From the NCBI GenBank assembly GCA_023129715.1, contig JAGMBO010000055.1, positions 19,327 through 83,326 of the forward strand: 64,000 nucleotides of DNA, read 5' to 3'. The notes under the pieces are model-generated. The model was not told the DNA's origin and searched no databases. It saw nothing but the letters and a program-made list of their open reading frames with translations. The DNA comes from Candidatus Eiseniibacteriota bacterium. GTDB taxonomy: Bacteria > Eisenbacteria > RBG-16-71-46 > CAIMUX01 > WJJG01. The position numbers and the translations under genes are program-made. Positions 17,955-27,850 of this stretch are shown in pieces (position 1 is the first letter of the stretch; every line of letters starts with the position of its first letter).

Positions 17955-20900
17955 CTAGTTGAGCACCATCATCTTCTTCGTCAGCGTCTCGCCATCGCTT
18001 TTCAACCGGTAGAAATAGACCGCGCTGGAAACCGGGTTGCCTTCACTGTCGGTACCCTGCCAGACGGTCTGGTAGCTGCCGGCCTTGAGATCGCCCGAGA
18101 CGAGCGTCTTCACCCGCCGGCCGGTGACGTCGAAGACCGCCAGGTCGACCGGACCCGCCTGCGGCAGATCGAAACGAATCGCCGTCTGGCGATGGACCGG
18201 GTTCGGGCGATTCGCCCAGAGGGCGAGCACGCCCGGCAACGACTCATCGCCGACAGCGGCCGGGGCGGCATGGGTCATCCGGACGCACCACTCGTCGACC
18301 GTTCCGGTATCGTAGCTGGCATGGTCGATCACCATCACCTTCCAGAGACCATCCGTCGACTCACCGATGTAGTCGTCCAGATCGCCCGCGGGGTCCAGAT
18401 CGGCCGGATACCAGCCGGACAGATTGTCCGTCGAGCCGCCCGACCGATCGTGCAGCATGACCCGCGTGCCCGCGGGCGAGGTCAGCTCGACCGTCAGATC
18501 ACCAATGTATGTGTGGGTGATGTCCATGAAGACCTGCACGGCCGAGATCGTCGAGCCGACGTAGAACATCATCGCATCATCGGCACCGCCCGGATCGTTG
18601 TCCGGGATGGCGAGATTGGGACGCTCGCAGTGCTCCGCCTGATAGACCACGGTCAGTAGGAAGTCGACTCCGGTCAAGTCCTCCCCCTCGCTGAGCATCA
18701 CTTCCTCGTTCCCTACCGACCACCCACCCTTAGTCGCCCTGATCGTATAAGGGCCGGCATACAGACCCGGAAGCGTGTACTCGCCCAGGACATTGGTGTA
18801 GTCCGACCCGCCGCCGGGGATCGCCTCGACCTTCACACCCGAGTGATCCGACTCACCCGCCAAGTGGACCGTGCCGGAGACCGAGCAGTCGCCGATCTCG
18901 GGGGTCATCAGCCAGGTGACGGTGTTCTGCAGCAGCAGCGGACGCACGCCGGCATCCATCATCGAGTAGTTGAAGGCAAACAGCACGAATTGGCCACCCG
19001 CGGGCGCCGGATTCGCATCGTAGGCAATCACGCTGGCATCAGAGGGGTGGTCAGTCCAGGAGCCGACGATTGCCGCATCGGCCGTCGGCACGAGCGCGTC
19101 TTGGTCGCCATAATCGTTAGAGGAGACGGTAATCGGCCCCGCGATCACATTGGGCACACTCATCACGTAGTGTCCCGCATCGGCGACGGTCACGTTGCCG
19201 CCGTTGTCGGAGTTCCAATCCGTCACGTGCAGCACGGCCGCAGCGAACTCCGGATCGCCGCCGTATGATGATTGCCAGTCATAGCCGACTTCCCCACCCT
19301 CGACGAGCAAGTGCCCGCCAGCGAGGACGAAGTCCTCGAGGCTGTTGCGAAAATCGACATCATCCAACGTGAAAACGTTGTCGCCGCAAGAGACGACCAG
19401 CAGATCGTAGTTTTCCCACATCAGGGGATCGGTCGCGGCCATCGTCTCAAGGGTCGCCGTATAGCCGAGATTCTCGAGATCGGTCATCAGATCGGCGACC
19501 GCCTTCGTGGGCTCGCGCGTGCAAGCGGGAGCGATGACCTCACCGGTCTTCGGATCGCGCTTCGCCTCGCGGTCGGCGCGCTTCGCCGAATCGTCGATCA
19601 CGAGCAGGTCCCCGATCGTCTCCTCTAGCTCGAAGTTCATCGGGTGAACCGGCTGATCGATGGTGACGTTGGTCGTCACCGGGATGTGGTGCCAGGCCTT
19701 GACGTTCATCACGTATTCGAAGTAGGGCAGCGACGGCGTCGTGTAGCTTCCGTCCACAGGATCGCTGGTCGTCTGCGCGTAGAGCTCCATCGTATCACTA
19801 CGGTAGAGCTTGACCGTCGCCTCAAGCGGGAGGCCCGTCCCGGTCTCGGTGATCGTACCGGTGATCACCCCCGCCGGAGCAGCGATCATGGTGATGTCGA
19901 GGACATTGGCGCCGTAGTTGAGGAAGTAGGCTTGCTCCCAATGGAGATAGCCGAAGTAGTCACACATCACGGTGTAGTCTTGAACGAGGATCTCCTCGCC
20001 GACGTCGTAGTTGCCCAAACCATCGGCGGTGACCTCGAAGATCAGATTGGCAAGGTCGTCGTAGCCGCGGACGATCGCGCCGACCGCCGGGGAGCCGGCG
20101 GCATCGACGTGGCCGGTCAGCGTGCCGTAGGCCTCGATCACCGGGAAGTCCTCGGTGTAGAGATCATGGCCACTGAGCGCGATGGTCCCGGTCACCTCGC
20201 CGGTCTCATCGGGAATGAGATCGAAGTAGTCATCCACGCTCGTGCTGCCGACCAACTCCCCATTGAGGAATGCCCACAGCGTGCAGCCCGGCTCGAGCAC
20301 CGACATGTGCAGCGTGCCGGGGAGATTGAGCGCCAGGGTGTCGTTGAGGCCGATTCCCGTGGTGGCCCACAGATCGGGGGTGCCGAGGGCGAGGGCGTTG
20401 ACCGTGATCGCCTCGCGGAAGAGCTCCCACGGCTCCAGCGGATCCTTACCGACGATGTCGAGCGTCGGGCCGTAAGGATAGTTGACCGTGATCGTGCAAT
20501 AGCCATCCGCCTCGGTGAACTCATGCACTGATTCGTAGTCGAGCCCATCAGCCCAGACCTCGACCCCGTCGCGCGGGGTCACGCCGTCGTATTCGAAAAC
20601 ACCAACGCTGATCTCAGTTTCGACATTGGCGTCGATCACGTCGGGATTGATGAAGACCTGGGCGGGGACGATGACGTTCAGATTCGCGATGTAGGGCTCG
20701 CGGTTCTGTGCCATCACGACCAGCTTCGCCGAGCCGGGCAGGAGCGGATCAGCCCAGATCGGCAGATCGATGCTGCCGGTCTCATCAACCGTCCCGGCGC
20801 CGATCAGGTCGCCGTTCTTGGTCAAACCAACGTAGCTGCCCGGATCCGCCTCGACCGTGAACGAGGTCCAGGTGGTAAAGATCGTTTCCGGATGGGTCAC

Positions 20901-22727
20901 CGGGTTGACCGACGGCACGCCCAGATAGGTGCTCAGGCTCGGATCTCCCATCAGGTTGTAGATGTTCCAGTAGAAGGTCGTCCGGGAGGATCCTGACTCC
21001 TGCACCGCCAGGTTGCCCGCGAAGATGATCGCGTCGTTGGTCACGTACCACTGGGTCATCGCCTCGCCATGGTCATGGAAGAGACCGTCGTAGGCGCCCA
21101 GACCGCTTCCCTCATAGGTCGGATCGGCGACGATCGAGGCGGTGTGGCCGACGCCCCACCAGTAGTCCTCGTCCCAGTAGGTGCTGTTGCTGCCCCCGAT
21201 GTAGCCGATCGCGCCCTTGTTGGCCGCCCGCAGCCAGGACTCCGCGAAGCACTCGCCGACGTCATAGGAGCTCGTCAGACAGCAATTGCCGACGGCCAGA
21301 CAATACTCGCCGACGTTGGTAAGGCCAGCGAGGTCGCTCTGGGTGAACGACGGGTCGGACCAGTTGGTCGTGCCGCCGTGCGCCGTGTAGTTGATGTAGG
21401 CGACACCGTCGCTGACGTTCTGGACGATGTCGGCCGCGTGGCTCCCCGACTCGGGATAAAGATAGGTGTGGCTCGTGATGCCGTGAGCCGCATTGAAGTA
21501 GTAGCCGGTTCCGTAGTTGATCTGCCCGTTGCCCCAGGTGCTTCCGTGCGATGCGTCCATGCCGGCGATCATCACGACTTCACCGAGATAGTTGGGATTG
21601 GGCATCGTGAACTGGTCGTACATCAATGTCTTGTCGAGAATGTCCTGGAGCATCGTCGGGCTGGTCGCCGAAAAACGACCATAGTAGATGTCGGGAACGA
21701 CGTCTCCGTCCACCGCGCAGTAGGGCCGGTCGGTCGCATCGCCCGCCTCGTAGAAGGTCGGCATCTCGGCGACATCGCCGACGAAGAGCACGAAGCTCGG
21801 TGCCGGCAGCTCCGGGGTCGCGTTGTTGTAGAGATCGTGGATGTAGCTCTGGATGCTCGTCGTCGTGCTGCCGACCTCGGGCGTCCCGGTGACCGCGAGA
21901 ATCGTGTGGAAGCCGCGCTCGGTCTTCCAGTCGACGAACTCCTGCATGTAGGGCGCGAAATCGGGCGGCGTGACCACGACCATCGTCACAACGTCGCCGA
22001 CCAGATCCGGATAACTGTCATGTTCGCCGCGATAGCCATCGAAACTCTGATAGAGACCCTCGAAAAAGAGACTGCGGGTCCGCGCCTTCAGCTCTGCTTC
22101 GGCAGACGGATCGCCACCCTCGAAGACAACCCGGAACTCGATGCGGTCATGGACCACCAGGCGGTTTTCGGTAGGGTAGTACTCCACCGGCGAGAGCTCG
22201 AGACGACCGAACTCGACACCGCGCAGGCGGCCCTGCGGGACGACATCGACCAGCTCGCGCGCCACGCGGGAGACGTTGTAGCTCGCCGCGTCATAGACGA
22301 ACGGCCAGGTCTCGGGATCCGCGTTCTTCGGCATACTCGGCTGCGCCGGGAAGAGCGGATGCTCGATGCCGTGCGCGGCCAGATCGATGCTCCTGCTCTC
22401 GGCGGAAATGACCTCGATGCGCGCAGTGCTGCCGAAGGGGATCTCGATCAAGCGATTCATCATCGGCAGCTCGGGCGCGCCCTCGTCGTGGGAGGCGTGA
22501 AAGCCGGGGATGAACAGCCGGGTAAACTCACCCTGCTTGGTGGTCACGTCCATGCCGACGAGCTCTCCGACTTCCACCTGATAGCGGAGCCCATCGTCGC
22601 GCTGCTCGACTAAGGAGAGATGCGTCTCGTCAGCCACGAGCGGCAGCGTCCGGACCGCGGCGGGCGCCGCGACCGCCGCTGCGGCCAACAAGACCAAACT
22701 CACGAAGAGGGCTTGAGAAAATCTCAT
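17955..22727 (-). CDS. Secreted C25 (gingipain-family) cysteine peptidase with propeptide, Ig/carboxypeptidase-regulatory, P-proprotein and FlgD-Ig C-terminal domains
   Basis: Signal peptide MRFSQALF; GAPELP propeptide; YGRFSA; YINYTAHGG + GNCC dyad; NLMGDPSL; ITHTYIGDL P-domain; C-terminal SAVYFYRL. Confidence 0.9.
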   Translation of the reverse strand: MRFSQALFVSLVLLAAAAVAAPAAVRTLPLVADETHLSLVEQRDDGLRYQVEVGELVGMDVTTKQGEFTRLFIPGFHASHDEGAPELPMMNRLIEIPFGSTARIEVISAESRSIDLAAHGIEHPLFPAQPSMPKNADPETWPFVYDAASYNVSRVARELVDVVPQGRLRGVEFGRLELSPVEYYPTENRLVVHDRIEFRVVFEGGDPSAEAELKARTRSLFFEGLYQSFDGYRGEHDSYPDLVGDVVTMVVVTPPDFAPYMQEFVDWKTERGFHTILAVTGTPEVGSTTTSIQSYIHDLYNNATPELPAPSFVLFVGDVAEMPTFYEAGDATDRPYCAVDGDVVPDIYYGRFSATSPTMLQDILDKTLMYDQFTMPNPNYLGEVVMIAGMDASHGSTWGNGQINYGTGYYFNAAHGITSHTYLYPESGSHAADIVQNVSDGVAYINYTAHGGTTNWSDPSFTQSDLAGLTNVGEYCLAVGNCCLTSSYDVGECFAESWLRAANKGAIGYIGGSNSTYWDEDYWWGVGHTASIVADPTYEGSGLGAYDGLFHDHGEAMTQWYVTNDAIIFAGNLAVQESGSSRTTFYWNIYNLMGDPSLSTYLGVPSVNPVTHPETIFTTWTSFTVEADPGSYVGLTKNGDLIGAGTVDETGSIDLPIWADPLLPGSAKLVVMAQNREPYIANLNVIVPAQVFINPDVIDANVETEISVGVFEYDGVTPRDGVEVWADGLDYESVHEFTEADGYCTITVNYPYGPTLDIVGKDPLEPWELFREAITVNALALGTPDLWATTGIGLNDTLALNLPGTLHMSVLEPGCTLWAFLNGELVGSTSVDDYFDLIPDETGEVTGTIALSGHDLYTEDFPVIEAYGTLTGHVDAAGSPAVGAIVRGYDDLANLIFEVTADGLGNYDVGEEILVQDYTVMCDYFGYLHWEQAYFLNYGANVLDITMIAAPAGVITGTITETGTGLPLEATVKLYRSDTMELYAQTTSDPVDGSYTTPSLPYFEYVMNVKAWHHIPVTTNVTIDQPVHPMNFELEETIGDLLVIDDSAKRADREAKRDPKTGEVIAPACTREPTKAVADLMTDLENLGYTATLETMAATDPLMWENYDLLVVSCGDNVFTLDDVDFRNSLEDFVLAGGHLLVEGGEVGYDWQSSYGGDPEFAAAVLHVTDWNSDNGGNVTVADAGHYVMSVPNVIAGPITVSSNDYGDQDALVPTADAAIVGSWTDHPSDASVIAYDANPAPAGGQFVLFAFNYSMMDAGVRPLLLQNTVTWLMTPEIGDCSVSGTVHLAGESDHSGVKVEAIPGGGSDYTNVLGEYTLPGLYAGPYTIRATKGGWSVGNEEVMLSEGEDLTGVDFLLTVVYQAEHCERPNLAIPDNDPGGADDAMMFYVGSTISAVQVFMDITHTYIGDLTVELTSPAGTRVMLHDRSGGSTDNLSGWYPADLDPAGDLDDYIGESTDGLWKVMVIDHASYDTGTVDEWCVRMTHAAPAAVGDESLPGVLALWANRPNPVHRQTAIRFDLPQAGPVDLAVFDVTGRRVKTLVSGDLKAGSYQTVWQGTDSEGNPVSSAVYFYRLKSDGETLTKKMMVLN

Positions 22728-23322
22728 TGCGTGTTCCTTTCCCGGAAGCAGTTCCCCAGATCCATGCGCCCTCCGCCATTCCCCGGCGGCTTTGTACGGA
22801 ACCCTTGGCGCAAGGATAACACCCGCACGAGTATACCAGGCCGCCCGGCGATTCGCGAGGCTTCCTCGCCCCTCTGCCGAGAAAGCCCCCGTCCAGCGGA
22901 CCAGCCTCCGCGAGACCCTCGAAACATTCGCTACGTGGTTTTCGCAGAGAGGCTCCTCCCGCGGATCCTCGCCCCGCCCACGCGCGCACCCGCCACCGGC
23001 CCGGCAGAGCCACAGGAACAGGCGTGCAAGCCATTTTGTGGCAATCAGTTCAGCATCTCGGACGTCGTTGTGCAAGATGCACCCTGCTCAGCCAACATGC
23101 GCCCTCGGCTCACTCGCCCAACTCCGCACGTGCGCTGTGCCCCATCCCGAACGATGGCGCTTGCCTTGGAACACGACTGCATCCGAGAGTGCCTGTTGAC
23201 TCTCCCGGCACCGCCACGCGACGGTCGGCCGGGGTCGAATGTCCCCCGCGGCCGGGGCTCGGCAGCCAAGGGCTGAGCAGGATCGCGGGGCTGAGTCGGA
23301 ACGCGACGACAGGGAGGACCTC

Positions 23323-24372
23323 TTGAGCAAGCCACACGAACCCCGGCTGAGCCAGTCGGTCTCGGGCGCGGGGTGAGCGTCGAAGCTCGGGCCGGGGGAC
23401 CTGGCCCAGGCACTCTGCGGTCTCGATCTCGTTCGCGACCCCAAGCTGATCATCGGGTTCGAACACGGGGACGACGCCGGCGTTTACCGCCTTGGCGATG
23501 AGCTCGCCCTGATTCAGACCGTGGACTTCTTCACGCCGATCGTCGACGACCCGCACACCTTCGGGATGATCGCCGCCGCCAACTCGCTGAGCGACGTCTA
23601 TGCGATGGGCGGCCGCCCGATCTGCGCAATGAATATCGTCTGCTTCCCGGCCGGCGAGATGGAGATCTCGGTATTGCGCGAGATCCTTGCCGGGGGACTG
23701 GAGAAGCTGCACGAGGCGCGGGCGGTGCTCGCGGGAGGCCACAGCGTCCAGGACAAGGAGCTGAAGTATGGTCTCGCTGTGACCGGTCTGGTCCATCCCG
23801 ACCGTGTGCTGGCGAATCAAGGGGCCCGGCCGGGCGACCGACTGATCCTCACCAAGCCGATCGGCACGGGGATCGTCTCAACGGCCCTCAAGGCCGGTCA
23901 GGCGAGCACGACGGCGGTCGAGGCGGCGACGGCAGCCATGACGGCGCTCAATCGCGCCGCGGCCGAGGCGCTGGCTGCCTTCGAAGTCCATGCCTGCACC
24001 GATATTACCGGGTTCGGCTTCATCGGGCATGCGGCCGGGATGATCGCCGAGACCGATCTGGGACTGGTCTTCGATGGGCGGGCCGTGCCCCTGCTCCCGG
24101 GAACTATCGACTATGCCGAGATGGGCTTGCTGCCCGGGGGGTTGCATCGCAATCGCGCATTTCGGGAGGAGATCGTCTCCTGGGATCCGGGGGTGCCCAT
24201 GCCGCTGCGGGATGCTCTCTATGACCCCCAGACCTCGGGCGGGCTGCTGATCGCCATCCCAGAGCCCGAGGCCGCCGCCCTGCTCGACACGCTTCACACG
24301 GCGGGCCTGGCCCACCCGGCGGTGATCGGCGAGGTGGTCGCCGGTGGAGCGGGACGGATCACGTTTGCCTGA
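23323..24372 (+). CDS. selD: Selenide, water dikinase; selenoprotein (UGA18=Sec)
   Basis: GGAGG + TTG start; LSQSVSGAG-UGA-ASKLGPGDL in frame with DDAGVY, QTVDFFTP, ANSLSDVYAMG, DPQTSGGLL; 349 codons. Confidence 0.93.
23389..23407 (+). promoter_or_regulatory. Putative bacterial SECIS hairpin
   Basis: GGGCCGGG-GGA-CCTGGCCC stem-loop starting 12 nt 3' of the in-frame UGA. Confidence 0.6.
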
Positions 24373-24465
24373 GCAGCCCCGCCTCCGACTCGCGGGAGTG
24401 TCCGGCCTGATCCGCCAGCAGCCGGTGGCAGAAGTGCTCCGCGGTCTGTCTTCTGCCACGGGTTG

Positions 24466-25356
24466 CTAGGCATCGGGGCCCGTCAATGAGAGGCGGCGGA
24501 CCGTGCGGTTCCCGGCGTAGTCGCTGGCGATGATGTCGACCTCCCCAGGATGGGAGATCCAGAGCCGCCACGTCGACCACTCGACCTTCGCGGAGCGACC
24601 CTCCTCTTCGCGGGGAACATGACGGGGAACACAACGGCCTTCTCCCTCGCGCGGAACACCCGGATATCTGGTCGCACCGGGCAGAGGACCCGCCGGCTTC
24701 ATCCCCGCCGAGTTCGGCGGGGGGGGGTGGCGATCTGCCGGCCGGCGATCCGACGATGGCCGGCGGAAGAAGACCTCCGCCGGGATCGAGGGTCGCCCGG
24801 CCGAGGTCGAAGGCCGACCGGCCGGCATCGCGTCCGCGGGAGGCGAGGTGGCGCTCCCTGCCGCGTTGCCGTCGCTGCGGCGATTGGTGAACTCCTCGAG
24901 ATCCTGGGGAGGACCTCCCACGTTGCGGGCGATCCTCTCGCCGCTGACCCCCGGCGCCGCTCCCCCGGGAGAGACGGCCCGCACGCTGCGCACCGCGATT
25001 CTCTCCGACGCGTGCACGGTCAGCCGGCACCCCACCGGTCCCCAGGCACCCACATCAACCCGCTCGATCACCGGGTGGCTGAGGAAGTCCTGGATCGCGA
25101 CATGATAGGGCGAGTAGGCGCGCCCCATCCGGGCCAGGCTGCGGAAGGCGGGTCGGGTGCGCGCCTCGCGGGCGAAGGCGACGGCCCGGCGGAAGGCCGA
25201 GAGCGTCCCGGCGCGGGCCGCGCTGGGGGTCTCCGCATCCCTGCGAGGCCCCGGCCGCCGGGCCACGATCGTCTTCTCCCCCCGCACGCGGAAGACGAGA
25301 TCGCCAATGGTGCCGCTCACCCCATCGAGCATTGAATTGCGCCGAACGACCGCCAT
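24466..25356 (-). CDS. Hypothetical protein (Bacteroidota-type SGxIGDLVFR family) with disordered insert
   Basis: GGAGGG RBS; LDGVSGTIGDLVFRVRGEKTIV N-terminus; split Ig-like C-terminus ending ASDYAGN. Confidence 0.6.
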   Translation of the reverse strand: MAVVRRNSMLDGVSGTIGDLVFRVRGEKTIVARRPGPRRDAETPSAARAGTLSAFRRAVAFAREARTRPAFRSLARMGRAYSPYHVAIQDFLSHPVIERVDVGAWGPVGCRLTVHASERIAVRSVRAVSPGGAAPGVSGERIARNVGGPPQDLEEFTNRRSDGNAAGSATSPPADAMPAGRPSTSAGRPSIPAEVFFRRPSSDRRPADRHPPPPNSAGMKPAGPLPGATRYPGVPREGEGRCVPRHVPREEEGRSAKVEWSTWRLWISHPGEVDIIASDYAGNRTVRRLSLTGPDA

Positions 25357-25749
25357 CGTCTCAGTCCCTCCTGAGGGGCTCTCCGCCAACCCGCTGAGCC
25401 CCCGATTCGCCGATAGTGCGCGAGAGCATCCCCCCGGCAGAATCTGGTGTCGACCCCGTGGAGGCCGGCCCGCATGCCGATGACCGCCTCGGCTCCGAAA
25501 ACACAAGCAATCTTATATTGTGTTATATGTCAGCCAATAACACCAATAACGGTTCCATCACGGATTTATCACGTCTAACGATCGATTGCAAGTGATTATC
25601 GGACCATGGGGTGGGGAGAGGGTGGACCGGCCTTGCGTGAGCAGGGCCGGTCCGGGGTGATGGGATCCTGGCTGGGCATTGCAGGATCTGCGTGTGCGCA
25701 TGTGTGCCGGGATGGGGCTGTCTCCCCAGGGGGTGGCAGCCGCCGCCGA

Positions 25750-26043
25750 TCAGCGCACGAACCTGTAGTGGCCGCGCACCCACACACGGGCGCCACGGGG
25801 GATCACGGTCCAGTGGCCCGGGACCCAGACCTTCCTTAGCGGGCGGACGACCCGCCGGACGAAGACCGGCCTCGGCGCCGGCGTGCGCACGACCACAACC
25901 GGACGCATCCGGGGACGCACTACGATCACGGTGCGGGCCGCCGCGAGCGCGGGCAGCAGCAGGCTGCCGCCGACGAGCAGGGCGATCAACCAGCTCATCC
26001 TCTTCTGAGGGGTCGTCCTTCGAATGGTGCTCGGCGAGCTCAT
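25750..26043 (-). CDS. Small secreted YXWGXW-repeat-like protein
   Basis: AGGAG RBS; signal peptide ending ALA-AA; WVPGHW and WVRGHY repeats. Confidence 0.7.
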   Translation of the reverse strand: MSSPSTIRRTTPQKRMSWLIALLVGGSLLLPALAAARTVIVVRPRMRPVVVVRTPAPRPVFVRRVVRPLRKVWVPGHWTVIPRGARVWVRGHYRFVR

Positions 26044-26286
26044 GGTGTCTTCTCCTATGTGCTGGGCCGCATCGTCATGCCTGCGCCCACGTCTGCCTCG
26101 GTTCACCACACTCGCCGGACTGACGCGCAGGGAGCGTGCCAAACCGACCTCGCGCTCTCGGTGGATCTGCCATCCCTCCGCAAGGGGCGGAGATGCCATC
26201 CCGGGCAACCCGGAACTCTTGCCCCACACCTGCCCCGATCGAACCGGCCCGTGGCCCCCCGGGGTCAGAGTGTCCCCCGAGGAGCA

Positions 26287-26364
26287 CCTGGGTGAGCATC
26301 TCGGTGAACGCCTGGGTGAGCCCCTGGGTGAACGCCTGGGTGAGCCCCTGGGTGAACGCCTGGG
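26287..26364. repeat. 12-bp tandem repeat x6.5 (alternating 24-bp higher order)
   Basis: cctgggtgagcc / cctgggtgaacg alternation. Confidence 0.9.
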
Positions 26365-26522
26365 AACCCCCCGCGCACCCCTCGGGGTCACGGGGAGATC
26401 TCCAGCCCCGCGGCAAGCCGCCTTGCTCGCCGCTCGGGCCGAAGTCCGCCCAAGAACACTGCAAGCACCTTATTCACGCTCCGTTAGGGCAGCGTTCCGC
26501 CCGCGGGATCCAGCATCCTCAC

Positions 26523-26551
26523 TTGAATTCCACCATAACAACCTGTAAACT
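26523..26551 (+). promoter_or_regulatory. Sigma70-type promoter
   Basis: TTGAAT-N17-TAAACT in an AT-richer patch. Confidence 0.65.
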
Positions 26552-26695
26552 CAAGTCTGATGGGATCAGGAGCCTCCCCTGAGAGCCCCGCCGGCAGTCG
26601 CCGCCCCCGCGACGCTGCGCGGCGAGCGGCTTCGCGGTCCCTCCAAGGGTATCGATTTGGCAACTCGGGTCTTACGACGCTGGAGGGAGTTTCCG

Positions 26696-27652
26696 ATGAA
26701 GCGGTTCAGCTTGATAGCCCTAGCCCTGCTGCTCTCCGTCGGTGTGGCCATGGCCGACAAGGAGAAGTTCGATGGGAGCATTCCGGACGCCTCGGAAGGT
26801 CTGCTCGACTGCAGCAATGCCTTCTTGATCGATTGTGGGGGCAGCCATGCCTACAACAACGGCAACGGCACCGATGTTGTCGCCTCCTACAACTGCGTGA
26901 GCTGGTCACTGAATGGTCCCGAGGTCGTCTATGAGTTCACCTTGACCGAAGACCTCTATGTCACCATTGATCTGACCTTCTCCCTCAAGGATCTTGCGCT
27001 CCTGTTGCTCGAGGACTGCGACGAGACGTTGTGCCTCTCGTACTCGGACAACTATGGCGACGGTGTTGCCGAGCAGATCGCGCTGGATCTGGCCGCCGCC
27101 ACCTACATCATCGTCGTCGAAGGTTGGATGGACGACGACATCGACGACTACACGCTGACGGTGACCTGCAGCGCGCCTCCGGAGCCCCCGGTCAACGACC
27201 AGTGTGACGGGGCCATCCTGATCGAGCGCTGCACGACGGGCCTGATCGAGGGCGACTTGGCCGAGGCGGTCGATGACTACAACCCGGGCGAGTACCCCGA
27301 GTCCTGCACCGGCTTCAGCGCCCACGGGAAGGACGTCACCTACGAGCTGAACCTGCTCGCCGGTGATATCGTTCATCTGTCCTACGCCGACGCCGCCGGC
27401 GCCTCATTCGACGAGTCGCTCTACATCGTCACCGATTGCTCGGATCCGGAGAACACCTGCGTCATTGGCTCCGATGCGGGCGAGCCGGAGGTGATCGACT
27501 GGACGTGTGATGCGGACGGCACCTACTACGTGATTTGCGATGCGTGGGGCACCGACACGGGCGGCGCCTTCACCCTGGACTACGACATCGAGTGCCCGGT
27601 GACTCCCACCGATGAGTCGACCTGGAGCACCGTCAAGGGGATGTTCTACTAG
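26696..27652 (+). CDS. Secreted acidic protein with two PPC-like beta-sandwich repeats and C-terminal TWSTVKGMFY motif
   Basis: GGAGGG RBS; signal peptide ending AMA; duplicated [EK][ED]V[VT]YE...YIIV/YVIC...YTL modules; PVNDQC linker. Confidence 0.8.
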   Translation: MKRFSLIALALLLSVGVAMADKEKFDGSIPDASEGLLDCSNAFLIDCGGSHAYNNGNGTDVVASYNCVSWSLNGPEVVYEFTLTEDLYVTIDLTFSLKDLALLLLEDCDETLCLSYSDNYGDGVAEQIALDLAAATYIIVVEGWMDDDIDDYTLTVTCSAPPEPPVNDQCDGAILIERCTTGLIEGDLAEAVDDYNPGEYPESCTGFSAHGKDVTYELNLLAGDIVHLSYADAAGASFDESLYIVTDCSDPENTCVIGSDAGEPEVIDWTCDADGTYYVICDAWGTDTGGAFTLDYDIECPVTPTDESTWSTVKGMFY

Positions 27653-27699
27653 GGGCAAGGACACCCCTGAAGAGGGTTTCTGTCTGTAGCGTCGCGATG

Positions 27700-27735
27700 G
27701 CGGGGCGGATCGCACGATCCGCCCCGCTGCCTTTT
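27700..27735 (+). terminator. Intrinsic terminator
   Basis: GCGGGGCGGATCG/CGATCCGCCCCGC 13-bp inverted repeat followed by CCTTTT. Confidence 0.7.
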
Positions 27736-27850
27736 CCCCTTGGGCACCCCCGGTCCTTGCCATCCCGGCCCTTCATCTGTCATCCTGCTTCGCTTTTTGT
27801 TTCGCGCAGCACTCGCCAAGGGGGCCCGGCGCCCCCGGGAGGACCGACCG

